From: Halorussus marinus
GTDB taxonomy: Archaea; Halobacteriota; Halobacteria; Halobacteriales; Haladaptataceae
Length of the DNA: 64,000 bases
Direction of reading: 5' to 3'
Assembly: GCF_004765795.1 (NCBI RefSeq)
Contig: NZ_SBIV01000001.1
Location: forward strand, 62,001-126,000
Below, piece by piece: positions 19,955-29,023 of this stretch. Every line of letters begins with the position of its first letter. Positions within the stretch are counted from its first letter, which is position 1. Position numbers and translations under genes: made by a program. The notes under the pieces were generated by a model that ran no database searches, was not told the DNA's origin, and was given only the letters and a program-made list of their open reading frames with translations.

Positions 19955-21673
19955 ATGACAGAGATACACTCTCTCCGACCGGTCGCAGCGGTGTTGATTT
20001 CGCTCCTCGCAACCGTCCCCATCCTCGCGTCCCGCGGGCGCCCGAACGTCCGGGAGACCTGGACCATGCTGGCGGCACTGGGGACGTTCGGGGTCGTGGC
20101 GAGCATGGTCCCCGGCGTGCTCGCCGGCGACACGTACGTCACCGACTTCGGGACGTTCGTCCCCGAGGTGTCGTTCGCGCTCCGGGCCGACCCGCTCGGT
20201 ATCCTGTTCGCGCTGCTCGCGAGCACGCTGTGGGTGGTGACCAGCCTCTACAGCATCGGGTACATGCGCGGGCTCGACGAACACGACCAGACGCGGTACT
20301 TCGCGGCGTTCGCGGGGAGCGTGGCGTCTGCGGTCGGCGTCGCGTTCGCGCACAACCTCATCGTGCTGTACGTCTTCTACGAGCTGTTGACCGTGGCGAC
20401 CTATCCGCTGGTCGCCCACGACGAGACCGACGAGGCCCGCGCGGCCGGCCGGAAGTACCTCGCGTACACCTTCGGCGGCGGCGTCGCGGTGCTGGCGGGC
20501 ATCCTGCTGGTGTTCGTTCTCACCGGGACTACCGACTTCACCGCGGGCGGCATCGCCGGACTCGCGGGCGCCGACCCCGCCCTCGCGCGGGCGGCGTTCG
20601 GACTGCTGGTCGCGGGCTTCGGCGTGAAGGCGGCGCTGATGCCGATGCACTCGTGGCTCCCCGACGCGATGGTCGCGCCCACCCCTGTCTCGGGGCTACT
20701 CCACGCAGTCGCGGTCGTCAAGTCCGGCGTGTTCGGCATCGCCCGCGTGGTGCTCGACGTGTTCGGCCCCGACCTCGTGGGCGACCTCGGGATGGGGCTC
20801 CCGCTCGCGGTCGTCGCGGCGCTCACGCTCGTGATCGCCAGCGTCATCGCGCTCCGCCAGGACAACCTCAAGCGCCGGCTCGCGTTCTCGACCGTGAGCC
20901 AGCTGTCGTACATCGTGCTCGGGCTGGCGGTGCTCCACCCGATGTCGCTGACCGGGGGACTGCTCCACATCCCCGCCCACGCGTTCATGAAGCTCACGCT
21001 GTTTTTCTGTGCGGGCGCGATCCACGTCGAGACCCACACCGACGACATCTCGAACATGGCGGGCATCGGCAAGCGGATGCCCCTGACGATGACCGCGTTC
21101 GGGATCGCGGCGCTCGGCATGGCCGGCATCCCGCTGGTCGCGGGGTTCGTCAGCAAGTACTTCCTGCTGATCGGCACCGTCTCGGCGGGCCAGATGGTGT
21201 TCACGGCCGCTCTGCTGGTCTCGGGCGTGCTCAACATCGCGTACTTCTGGCCGGTCGTCTACGCGGCGTTCTTCGAGACCCCCGACCGGAGCGACGAGAA
21301 GCCGGTGATCGGGGCCGCGCTCGGCGGCTGGGTGGCCCGCGACGGCGCCGACCAGTGGCTCGCGTCCGACGGCGGCGCCGGCGGGCGTGACGGCGATCCC
21401 ACCGACGACCACGGCTACGCCGACGACCACGAGGGGCAGGGCCCGGTCGACAGCGCGGCGGCGGCCGAACACATCGACCGGGAGCACGGCCCCGACTACC
21501 GTCCCGAGTGGGAGCACCGCGGCTGGACCGGCGAGGAGTCGACGTGGTTCATGCTCGGACCGATCCTGTTCGCGGCCGCCGGATCGCTCACGCTCGGCGT
21601 CGTTCCCGACGCCGCGGTGTTCCTCCGGATCGTGCGTCTCGTCGTCGCGGGCGCGACGGGGGTGAGCGTCTGA
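19955..21673 (+). CDS. mrpD: Mrp antiporter subunit D family, copy 2
   Basis: HSWLPDAMVAPTPVSGLLHA, KRRLAFSTVSQ. Confidence 0.92.
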   Translation: MTEIHSLRPVAAVLISLLATVPILASRGRPNVRETWTMLAALGTFGVVASMVPGVLAGDTYVTDFGTFVPEVSFALRADPLGILFALLASTLWVVTSLYSIGYMRGLDEHDQTRYFAAFAGSVASAVGVAFAHNLIVLYVFYELLTVATYPLVAHDETDEARAAGRKYLAYTFGGGVAVLAGILLVFVLTGTTDFTAGGIAGLAGADPALARAAFGLLVAGFGVKAALMPMHSWLPDAMVAPTPVSGLLHAVAVVKSGVFGIARVVLDVFGPDLVGDLGMGLPLAVVAALTLVIASVIALRQDNLKRRLAFSTVSQLSYIVLGLAVLHPMSLTGGLLHIPAHAFMKLTLFFCAGAIHVETHTDDISNMAGIGKRMPLTMTAFGIAALGMAGIPLVAGFVSKYFLLIGTVSAGQMVFTAALLVSGVLNIAYFWPVVYAAFFETPDRSDEKPVIGAALGGWVARDGADQWLASDGGAGGRDGDPTDDHGYADDHEGQGPVDSAAAAEHIDREHGPDYRPEWEHRGWTGEESTWFMLGPILFAAAGSLTLGVVPDAAVFLRIVRLVVAGATGVSV

Positions 21674-23427
21674 TGGTCGACCCCGTCGTTCCCCCGTTCG
21701 TCCCCGTGCTGTTAGCGGCGCTGGTGCTCCCGTTCGTCGGCCGGCGGCTCGGCCACGCGCTCGGCGTGCTGGCGACCGCGGTCGTGGTCCCGTACGTCTG
21801 GCTCGTCCCCGAAGGCACCCATCTGGCGACGCGGCTGTTCGGCTTCGACGCCGTGCTGTTCAACCTCGATCCGTTCTCCCAGCTGATGGGGCTCATCTTC
21901 GGCTTCATCGGCGCGGTCGGGGTGGTGTACTCGTGGGCGAGCGACGCCGACAGCCTCCAGACCGCGTTCGCGCTCTCGTACGTCGGGACCAGCCTCGGCG
22001 CCGTCTTCGGCGGCGACTGGCTCACCCTCATCTTCTTCTGGGAGCTGATGGCGGTCACCAGCACCCTGCTGGTGTGGTACTACGGCGGGCGCGCGATCCG
22101 GGCCGGCTACCGGTACGCCCTGCTCCACGGCGTCGGCGGCACGCTCCTGCTCGGCGCGGTGGTCTGGCACTACGTCGCGGCCGGCACCTTCCTGTTCACC
22201 GGCGACGGGATGGCCGGGCCGGTCGCGCCGGTGCTCGCGGGCATCGGCATCGGCGTCAACGTCGGGTTCGTCGGGCTCCACGCGTGGCTCCCCGACACCT
22301 ACCCGCGCCCGCATATCGCCGCGAGCGTCTTCCTCTGTGTCTACACCACCAAGACCGGTGTCTACGGCATGTACCGGGCGTTCCCCGACGGCAACGTCGC
22401 CATCGCCTATATGGGGGGCATCATGGCGGTGTTCGGCGCGACGTACGCGCTGTTCCAGAACGACATGCGCCGGTTGCTGTCTTACCACATTCAGTCGCAG
22501 GTCGGCTACATGATCGCCGGCGTCGGCATCGGGACGGCGCTGGGTCAGGCCGGCGCGATGGCCCACGTCTTCAACCACATTCTCTACAAGGGCCTGCTGT
22601 TCATGACCGCCGGCGTCGTGGTCTACCGGACCGGCAAGGAGAGCCTGAAGAAGTTGGGCGGACTCGGCCGGGAGATGCCGGTCACGGCCGTCGCGTTCAC
22701 GGTCGCCGCACTCTCGATCGCCGGGTTCCCGCTGTTCAACGGCTTCGTCAGCAAGGGCATCGTCATCTCGGCCAGCCACTACGACTTCCCGGCCGGACCC
22801 GTCGCAGTCGGCGACTTCCACACTCTCGAACTCCTCCTCCTCGTCGGGGGCGTCGGCACGTTCCTCTCGTTTATCAAGTTCGGCTACTACGCCTTCCTCC
22901 ACGGCGAGTACGACGGCAGCGTCGCCGACGCCAACCGCGGCCAGACCGTCGCGATGGTCGCCGTCGCCGCGCTCTGTGTCTTCTACGGCATCTTCGACGG
23001 CGCGCTGTTCGCGATCCTGCCGTTCGACGTGACCAGCGAGGCGGTCGTCTCGCACGTCTACCACACCTACACCGTTCCCCACGTCGTCGAAGGGGTGGCG
23101 CTGGCGGTCATCGGCCTCGTCGGGTTCGTCCTCATCAAGAAGCCCCTCGAACGGTACGGCGGGGACGTCCCCGACGTCGACGCCATCTACAACCCCGCGG
23201 CGTTCTACGGCACCCGCGGTCTTGTCGTCGGGGTCACCGAACTGTACGCCGCGGTCGATCGGCTCGCGGTCGGACTCGCGACCGGGTCGGCGAGCGCGGT
23301 CCAGCGGCTCGGCGGCGGCGTCGTCGCGGTGGTCGGGGGCCGTCCGGTCGAGGCCCGGACCGACATCCGAAACGGCGTGCTCCTCATCATCGTGGCACTG
23401 GTCGCCACGCTGGTCGTCGTGCTCTGA
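21673..23427 (+). CDS. mrpD: Mrp antiporter subunit D family, copy 3
   Basis: HAWLPDTYP, RRLLSYHIQSQ; TGATG overlap. Confidence 0.92.
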   Translation: MVDPVVPPFVPVLLAALVLPFVGRRLGHALGVLATAVVVPYVWLVPEGTHLATRLFGFDAVLFNLDPFSQLMGLIFGFIGAVGVVYSWASDADSLQTAFALSYVGTSLGAVFGGDWLTLIFFWELMAVTSTLLVWYYGGRAIRAGYRYALLHGVGGTLLLGAVVWHYVAAGTFLFTGDGMAGPVAPVLAGIGIGVNVGFVGLHAWLPDTYPRPHIAASVFLCVYTTKTGVYGMYRAFPDGNVAIAYMGGIMAVFGATYALFQNDMRRLLSYHIQSQVGYMIAGVGIGTALGQAGAMAHVFNHILYKGLLFMTAGVVVYRTGKESLKKLGGLGREMPVTAVAFTVAALSIAGFPLFNGFVSKGIVISASHYDFPAGPVAVGDFHTLELLLLVGGVGTFLSFIKFGYYAFLHGEYDGSVADANRGQTVAMVAVAALCVFYGIFDGALFAILPFDVTSEAVVSHVYHTYTVPHVVEGVALAVIGLVGFVLIKKPLERYGGDVPDVDAIYNPAAFYGTRGLVVGVTELYAAVDRLAVGLATGSASAVQRLGGGVVAVVGGRPVEARTDIRNGVLLIIVALVATLVVVL

Positions 23428-23584
23428 GCCGGCCGGCATTTTTTCGAGGTCCGAACGCGCCGCCGAGCGCCCCGCCTCGCGAACGCCGAGTCACGCCCGG
23501 GCTACGTGAACGGCTCCCGTGAAACCCTCGACCACGGCCGGCCCCAGACCGTCACCTTTTATTCGCAGGTCGAGTACCTCCGAC

Positions 23585-24151
23585 ATGGATAAGCTGAGGC
23601 GATCGCTGCTCGACGCGCCGATCATCGAGAAGGACGGCTACCACTACTTCGTCCACCCCATCAGCGACGGCATCCCGATGCTCGAACCGGGGCTCCTCCG
23701 CGAGATCGTCATCAAGATCATCCGGAAGGCCGAACTGGAGGACGTGGACAAGATCGTCACGCCCGCGGCGATGGGGATCCACATCTCGACCGCGGTGTCG
23801 CTGATGACCGACATTCCGCTGGTCGTCATCCGGAAACGCGAGTACGGTCTCGACGGCGAAGTCGCCCTCTCCCAGCAGACGGGCTACTCCGAGAACGAGA
23901 TGTACGTCAACAACGTCGAGGACGGCGATCGCGTGCTGTTGCTCGACGACGTTCTCAGCACGGGCGGGACGATGAAGGCAATCACGGAGGCGCTCGAACA
24001 CATCGGCGCGGACGTGGCCGACGTCGTCGCGGTCATCAAAAAACAGGGTCCGAACGAGCTCGACGACACCGATTACGACGTCAAGACGCTGATCAACGTC
24101 GACGTCCGGGACGGCGAGGTCGTCATCGTCGACGAGAACGGCGACGGGTAA
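23585..24151 (+). CDS. hpt: Archaeal purine (hypoxanthine/guanine) phosphoribosyltransferase
   Basis: [11 protein letters not shown] and PRPP-binding [13 protein letters not shown]. Confidence 0.9.
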   Translation: MDKLRRSLLDAPIIEKDGYHYFVHPISDGIPMLEPGLLREIVIKIIRKAELEDVDKIVTPAAMGIHISTAVSLMTDIPLVVIRKREYGLDGEVALSQQTGYSENEMYVNNVEDGDRVLLLDDVLSTGGTMKAITEALEHIGADVADVVAVIKKQGPNELDDTDYDVKTLINVDVRDGEVVIVDENGDG

Positions 24152-24159
24152 GTCACTGA

Positions 24160-24307
24160 TCTCTCGCGGCCCCCCGCCGGCCGCGGTCAGCGCCGACGGG
24201 AGGCTCGTTCCGAGCGGGATGCGGGCGGTCCGGTCGGTCAGCGTCGGCGCGAGCACGACGATCGAAAAGGCGCTTCCGGCCAGAAAGACGAGGTCTTGCC
24301 AGATCGT
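24160..24307 (-). pseudogene. Truncated remnant of a small membrane protein
   Basis: Reads IWQDLVFLAGSAFSIVVLAPTL...PLGTSLPSAL with ACG where ATG is expected; protein-like character is lost after about 40 codons and the frame runs into hpt. Confidence 0.55.
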
Positions 24308-24505
24308 CGTCCCATCGCCGTCGTATCGAGAGAGTTCGTCGTCATCGCTTCTTCGTAGGCACGGTGGTTGCGTAACGCTGGTCGCTATACGTATTCGGGT
24401 GTCGTTCACCCCCCCTTCGATAGTTGCTGTTGTCAACGACTTCCGTGGCGACTTCTGAAGTGACTGGGAAATACGGCGGTGTTCTGGAACCCGAACCCAA
24501 CCCAA

Positions 24506-24577
24506 TGCGGTAGCTGTGCAGTGGCGGTAGTGCGGTGGCTGTGCAGTGGCGGTAGTGCGGTGGCTGTGCGGTGGCGG
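24506..24577. repeat. Tandem repeat of the 25-bp unit GCTGTGCAGTGGCGGTAGTGCGGTG
   Basis: Exact copies at 24513-24537 and 24538-24562, partial copies on either side. Confidence 0.9.
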
Positions 24578-24601
24578 GGCGGTTGCGCACGAGACATTGT
24601 A

Positions 24602-24706
24602 CCGCGAGCGAACGCAGTGAGCGGAGCGAACGGTGCGAGGAGCGCGGGTTTCATCGACGTTTTACAAGCGAGCGCCGCTCGGGGCGCGAGCGCACTAAAA
24701 GGTCGA
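24602..24706 (+). repeat. Structured dispersed repeat, copy A
   Basis: CCGCGAGCGAA...TTTCATCGACGTTTT-hairpin-AAAAGGTCGA; 26 nt (24598-24623) identical to 30732-30757. Confidence 0.85.
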
Positions 24707-24855
24707 CGGGCGTGACGGGATTCGGAACCGGAGCAAGACGGTCCGGGCGTGCGGCCCTGCGGGCCGTTCCGGGCTGTGGCTTGTGGGGTTCGAACCCGCA
24801 CGCTTCGTTCTCGGTCTCGCGTTGCTCGACACGAGAACGGGCGTGACGGGATTCG
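24706..24855. mobile_element. Putative 131-bp tRNA-integrated mini-element bounded by a duplicated tRNA 3' end
   Basis: 19-bp direct repeat ACGGGCGTGACGGGATTCG at 24706-24724 and 24837-24855; interior forms two hairpins. Confidence 0.55.
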
Positions 24856-24910
24856 AACCCGCGGTCGGGAGGTTAGGAACCTCCCGCCCTCTCCACTAGG
24901 CCACACGCCC
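24838..24910 (-). tRNA. tRNA-Arg (anticodon CCT)
   Basis: Acceptor GGGCGTG/CACGCCC, anticodon arm GGAGG-TTCCTAA-CCTCC, T arm GGTTCGAATCC; CCA not encoded. Confidence 0.96.
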
Positions 24911-24923
24911 CGCGAAAAATCGG

Positions 24924-25172
24924 TTATTCGGTGGTCCGCTCGGCGTCGGTCTCGCTCGTCGTCGTCTCGGCGTCGACGCCGCCTTCCTGCATCTCCTTGA
25001 GCTCCTCCTCGACTTCCTGGCGCCCCTTCTTGAACTCGCCCATCGCCTCGCCGGTCGAGCGGGCGAGCTTCGGAATCTTGTTCGCGCCGAACAGCAGGAC
25101 GGCGATGAGGAGGATCACCATCATCTCCATCCCGCCGGGAATCGGGCCGAACAGTGGAATCATCTGTACCAT
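24924..25172 (-). CDS. tatA: Twin-arginine translocase subunit TatA
   Basis: PGGMEM...LLFGANKIPKLARSTGEAMGEFKKG. Confidence 0.95.
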   Translation of the reverse strand: MVQMIPLFGPIPGGMEMMVILLIAVLLFGANKIPKLARSTGEAMGEFKKGRQEVEEELKEMQEGGVDAETTTSETDAERTTE

Positions 25173-25295
25173 CTCTGTTCGGAGATAGCCGATTCTGGAC
25201 TATATGCTTTTTGCTCGGTGTAGCGCCTCGGGAACCGACCCCGCGGCGTCGACTCCGGAACTGTCTTGTCTCCGACACCGAGACGTCTACACACG

Positions 25296-25775
25296 ATGGT
25301 AGACGTAGGCGATCACGCACCCGACTTCACCGCACCGCTCGCCGACGGCGACGTCTCGGAGTTCACCCTCTCGGACCACCTCGACGAAGCGCCGCTCGTG
25401 CTGGCGTTCTTCCCCGGCGCGTTCACCAGCGTCTGCACGGCGGAGCTCTGTACGTTCGAGTCCGAGCTCGCCGCCTACGAGGACGTCGGCGCGACGGTGT
25501 ACGGCATCAGCGTCGACTCGCCGTTCGCGCTGAACGAGTTCCGCGATCGGGAGGGACTCAGCTTCGGGTTGGTCAGCGACTCCAACAAGGGGATCGTCGA
25601 CGACTACGACGTCGTGATGGATTTCGCCGACCTCGGCTACTACGGGGTCGCCAAGCGCGCCGTCTTCGTCGTCGACGGGGACCGAACGGTCACCTACCGG
25701 TGGGTCAGCGACGACCCGGGCGTCGAACCCGACTACGACGCGGTCGAGGCGGCCGCCGCCGACGCCGCGGAGTAG
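25296..25775 (+). CDS. Peroxiredoxin (AhpE/BCP-like)
   Basis: VGDHAPDF, FFPGAFTSVCTAE peroxidatic Cys motif, KRAVFVVD. Confidence 0.9.
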   Translation: MVDVGDHAPDFTAPLADGDVSEFTLSDHLDEAPLVLAFFPGAFTSVCTAELCTFESELAAYEDVGATVYGISVDSPFALNEFRDREGLSFGLVSDSNKGIVDDYDVVMDFADLGYYGVAKRAVFVVDGDRTVTYRWVSDDPGVEPDYDAVEAAAADAAE

Positions 25776-25840
25776 CCGCCCCGACCGGTCGCCGGCCGCG
25801 GGCCGAGAGCTTTTATCCGCTGGCGACCGAGATGCACCGT

Positions 25841-26662
25841 ATGAGCGAAATCGACGAGACCGACGACCGGCGGCGGGTGTACGACCCCGAGGACGACCAC
25901 CCGTTCCCGGACGAGCGACTCAACGAGGTGTTGGCGTTCATCGACGACGACCCCGAGATTCAGACCTACCTCCGCGCCCAGAACGTCAATCCGGTCGATC
26001 GGAAGGGGTACAACGACCACGGGAGCAAGCACATCGAGATCGTTCGCGACCGGGCGCTTGCTCTCTACGAACTCCTCAAGGACGGCGGCGTGGAGTTCAA
26101 CGGCGCGGCCGATCAGGGCCTGACCGAGGCCGACGAGAGCGTGATCATCGCACTGGCGGCGACGATCCACGACATCGGCCACGTCGTCCACCGCGACGAC
26201 CACGCCTACTGGTCGATCCCGCTCGCCGCGGACCTGCTCGATCGCGTGTTGCCCGAACTCGGCTTCTACGACACCGAGGAGACCGTCCGCGTGAAAGGCG
26301 AGATCCTCCACGCGATCCTGTGTCACCACACCGAGGAAGACCCCCTGACGACCGAGGCCGGCGTGCTCCGGGTCGCAGACGCCCTCGACATGGAGATGGG
26401 CCGCTCGCGGATCCCCTACGAACAGGGCGGCCGGGGGATCAACACCGTCTCGAGCCAGGCCATCCAGCGGGTGTCGCTGATGGAGGGCGGGTCGGTCCCG
26501 GTGCTCGTCGAGATCGAGATGCTGAACGCCGCGGGCGTCTTCCAGGTCGACAACCTCCTGAAGGCGAAGTTGCAGGACTCCGGGCTCGAAGAACTGATCC
26601 GGATCGTCGCGGTCAACATCCGCGAGGACGGCAACCAACTGGTCGAGCGCGTCGAACTCTAG
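25841..26662 (+). CDS. HD-domain metal-dependent phosphohydrolase
   Basis: YNDHG, IHDIGH, LCHH, ADALD. Confidence 0.9.
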   Translation: MSEIDETDDRRRVYDPEDDHPFPDERLNEVLAFIDDDPEIQTYLRAQNVNPVDRKGYNDHGSKHIEIVRDRALALYELLKDGGVEFNGAADQGLTEADESVIIALAATIHDIGHVVHRDDHAYWSIPLAADLLDRVLPELGFYDTEETVRVKGEILHAILCHHTEEDPLTTEAGVLRVADALDMEMGRSRIPYEQGGRGINTVSSQAIQRVSLMEGGSVPVLVEIEMLNAAGVFQVDNLLKAKLQDSGLEELIRIVAVNIREDGNQLVERVEL

Positions 26663-27768
26663 CGGACCGACTCGTAGACGCTCCGGAGCCGTTCGACCGC
26701 TCGCTCGACGCTGGTCGCCTCGCGTCGGTCGAGACACGTCTCTCGGAGCTCCTCGCGGGCCCCCAGTGTCCGACGGATCGCCGCCCGGAACCCCTCGATG
26801 TCGCCGCTCTCGTAGTGGAATCCGGTTTCGCCCTCCCGGATCGTGTCGGCGAGCGCGCCCGCGTTCGCGCCGACGACCGGCGTGCCACACGCGTTGGCTT
26901 CGAGCGCCACCAGCCCCTGCGTCTCGACCGGGCTCGGGAACGCGAAGGCATCGAGCGCCGAGTAGAACGCGGGGAGGTCCTCGCGGTCCAGAAAGCCGAG
27001 GAACCGGGCGTCGGCACCCAGCCTCTCGGCCTGTGCTTCGAGGTCGTCGCGGGCCGGCCCGTCGCCGCCGAACACGACGGTCACGTCCATGTCGGCCGCC
27101 GCCATCACGAGCTCCGAGAGGCGCTTCTCGTAGCCGTGGCGCCCGGTGTAGCCGATCAGCGGGCGGTCGTCGTCGCCCGGGAGGTCGTAGCTGTCGAGGA
27201 AGTCATCGGTCTCGACGGGGCGGAACCGCTCGGTGTCGACGCCGTTCGGGACCACCTCGACGGGGGTGTCGACGCCGACCTCCTCGCGCAGGTGGTCGCG
27301 GGTCGACCCGGAGGGCGCAAGCACCGCGTCGGCGCGGCCGAAGAACCACCGCTCGTACACCTCCGAGAGCCGACCGACCAGCGACGCCACGGTCTCGGTC
27401 GGGGCGACGTACTCGGCGTACTCGCTGGTCGGCGTGTGGTACGAGGCCACCAGCGGGACGTCCCGGTCGCGCGCGAGCCGGAGCCCGCCCAGCCCGATGC
27501 TGAACGGCGTGTGAGCGTGGACGACCTCGGCGTCCCTGACCGCCTCGGGAATCGTGGGCGTGCCGAGTCGGAACCCCTCGTAGAACGGGAACGGGAGGCT
27601 CCCGACGGGGTGTTCGCCGTCGGTCGGTCGGTGGCCGTCGGCGCTCGGGTAAACCACGTCCATCCGCCCGCCTGCCCGCTCCCAGCGGTCGCGCCACGAC
27701 GCGATCGTGTAGGTCACGCCGTTGACGGTCGGGAGATAGGTGTCGGTGAACGCGGCGACCTGTTCCAT
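26659..27768 (-). CDS. Glycosyltransferase family 4
   Basis: FTDTYLPTVNGV, HAHTPF, ETQGLVALEA. Confidence 0.93.
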   Translation of the reverse strand: MEQVAAFTDTYLPTVNGVTYTIASWRDRWERAGGRMDVVYPSADGHRPTDGEHPVGSLPFPFYEGFRLGTPTIPEAVRDAEVVHAHTPFSIGLGGLRLARDRDVPLVASYHTPTSEYAEYVAPTETVASLVGRLSEVYERWFFGRADAVLAPSGSTRDHLREEVGVDTPVEVVPNGVDTERFRPVETDDFLDSYDLPGDDDRPLIGYTGRHGYEKRLSELVMAAADMDVTVVFGGDGPARDDLEAQAERLGADARFLGFLDREDLPAFYSALDAFAFPSPVETQGLVALEANACGTPVVGANAGALADTIREGETGFHYESGDIEGFRAAIRRTLGAREELRETCLDRREATSVERAVERLRSVYESVR

Positions 27769-27801
27769 TGTCGGCCTCTTTGGGAACCGATAGTTAAGAC
27801 C

Positions 27802-28821
27802 TTATGAAGTCTGGCCGGCGCCGGAGTCGCCAGCGAGGTCGCGGTACAGTTCGACGAGGTCGTCGCCGACCGCTTCGATGGTGAACGCCTCGCTTTTGGC
27901 CGCGGCGTTGGCCCCGATGCGTTCGCGCAGGTCCGGATCGCGCATGGCGTCGAGTTCGGCCTCGAAGTCCCCGGTCGCCTTCAGGCAGTGAGTCCCGTCT
28001 TCGAGCCAGTCGTAGGTGGGGATGTCCCGGATCACGAGCGGCTTGCCACAGCCCATCGCTTCGAGGAGCGCGATGCCCTCGTTCTCGTTTTTCGACGGCC
28101 AGAAGAAGACGTCGCCCGCGGCGAACCCGCCCCGGACGTCCTCGATGTAGCCGGTGAACGTGCAGTTGTCGGGCGCGCTCTCGACCAGCCGCTTGGTGTC
28201 GCGGCTCTTGAGGACCCGATCGAGTTCGCCGCCCGCGGGGTTGAGATAGCCGAACCACACGAAGTCGAGGTCGGGCATCGCCCGCGCGGTCTCGACGAAC
28301 GCCTCCAGTCCCTTGCGCTTGATGACGTGGCCGACGTTGAACACCACCGGCGGATCGAGGTCGTAGCGGTCGAGATACTCCTCGCGGAGGTCCTCGAACC
28401 CCGCGAGCGCGTCGGGGTCGAACCCGTTGCTGATGACCGTCTTCGGGGCGTCCGCGTACCCCGCGACGACCTCGCGGTTGTGGTCGGAGGGACACACGAG
28501 GTGGTCGGCCAGCGAGTAGGCGTACTCCAGATACGGCCCCATGGGCTTTGCGAGGAGATTCGAGAACGCGAAGCTCTCCCGGAAGTCCTCGGCGGTCTGG
28601 TGGGCGTGGACGAGGACGGGGACGCCGCGCTGTCGGGCCTTCCGCGCGTAGTAGATCGACTTCGGGCCCATGTTGTTGAGGTGGAGCAGGTCGGCGTCGA
28701 GCGTCGGCTCGGTGGTGTACGCGACGCCCCGGCGGTCCATGATCTCGCGCTGGTTCGCGACCGACTGGGCGTGGCCGCCGGTGATGTACGCCTCCCACTC
28801 GAAGTAGTGGCTCACCTTCAT
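27802..28821 (-). CDS. Glycosyltransferase family 4
   Basis: VIKRKG, PSKNENEGIALLEAM (EX7E), VIRDIP. Confidence 0.92.
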   Translation of the reverse strand: MKVSHYFEWEAYITGGHAQSVANQREIMDRRGVAYTTEPTLDADLLHLNNMGPKSIYYARKARQRGVPVLVHAHQTAEDFRESFAFSNLLAKPMGPYLEYAYSLADHLVCPSDHNREVVAGYADAPKTVISNGFDPDALAGFEDLREEYLDRYDLDPPVVFNVGHVIKRKGLEAFVETARAMPDLDFVWFGYLNPAGGELDRVLKSRDTKRLVESAPDNCTFTGYIEDVRGGFAAGDVFFWPSKNENEGIALLEAMGCGKPLVIRDIPTYDWLEDGTHCLKATGDFEAELDAMRDPDLRERIGANAAAKSEAFTIEAVGDDLVELYRDLAGDSGAGQTS

Positions 28822-28955
28822 AGTCGTTCGCGGCCGGCGAACCGGCCGTCGGTGTGGGGGCGAAGACGCGGCCCGGCCAAAATCCTACCGGAACGCACCC
28901 GCCCGACCCGGAAGAAATCGAAAACTATTTACGTTGTTCGTAGGATGACCCCCAT

Positions 28956-28998
28956 GGGGCAACTCAGGATACCTTCTATCCTTGTCCTGGTTCGCCCC
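28956..28998 (+). other. Hairpin in the leader of rnp4 (candidate ncRNA or structured 5' UTR)
   Basis: GGGGC-AAC-TCAGGA pairs with TCCTGG-TT-C-GCCCC around a 15-nt pyrimidine-rich loop; TATA-like TATTTA near 28926. Confidence 0.45.
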
Positions 28999-29023
28999 GG
29001 AAACCCCCACCCCCCATTCCCAC

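Noticed and set aside
18508..21390. 960-aa ORF and other long Arg/Gly-rich overlapping ORFs (e.g. 59537-62395, 18332-20650, 1258-3087)
   Set aside because: Shadow frames of high-GC genes that overlap well-supported CDSs and have no domain motifs
24506..24587. Possible CRISPR array
   Set aside because: The 25-bp units are directly adjacent with no unique spacers, and no cas genes are present
24706..24803. Second or intron-containing tRNA gene
   Set aside because: Only the T-arm and acceptor 3' portion is duplicated; there is no D arm or anticodon arm and it folds as one long hairpin
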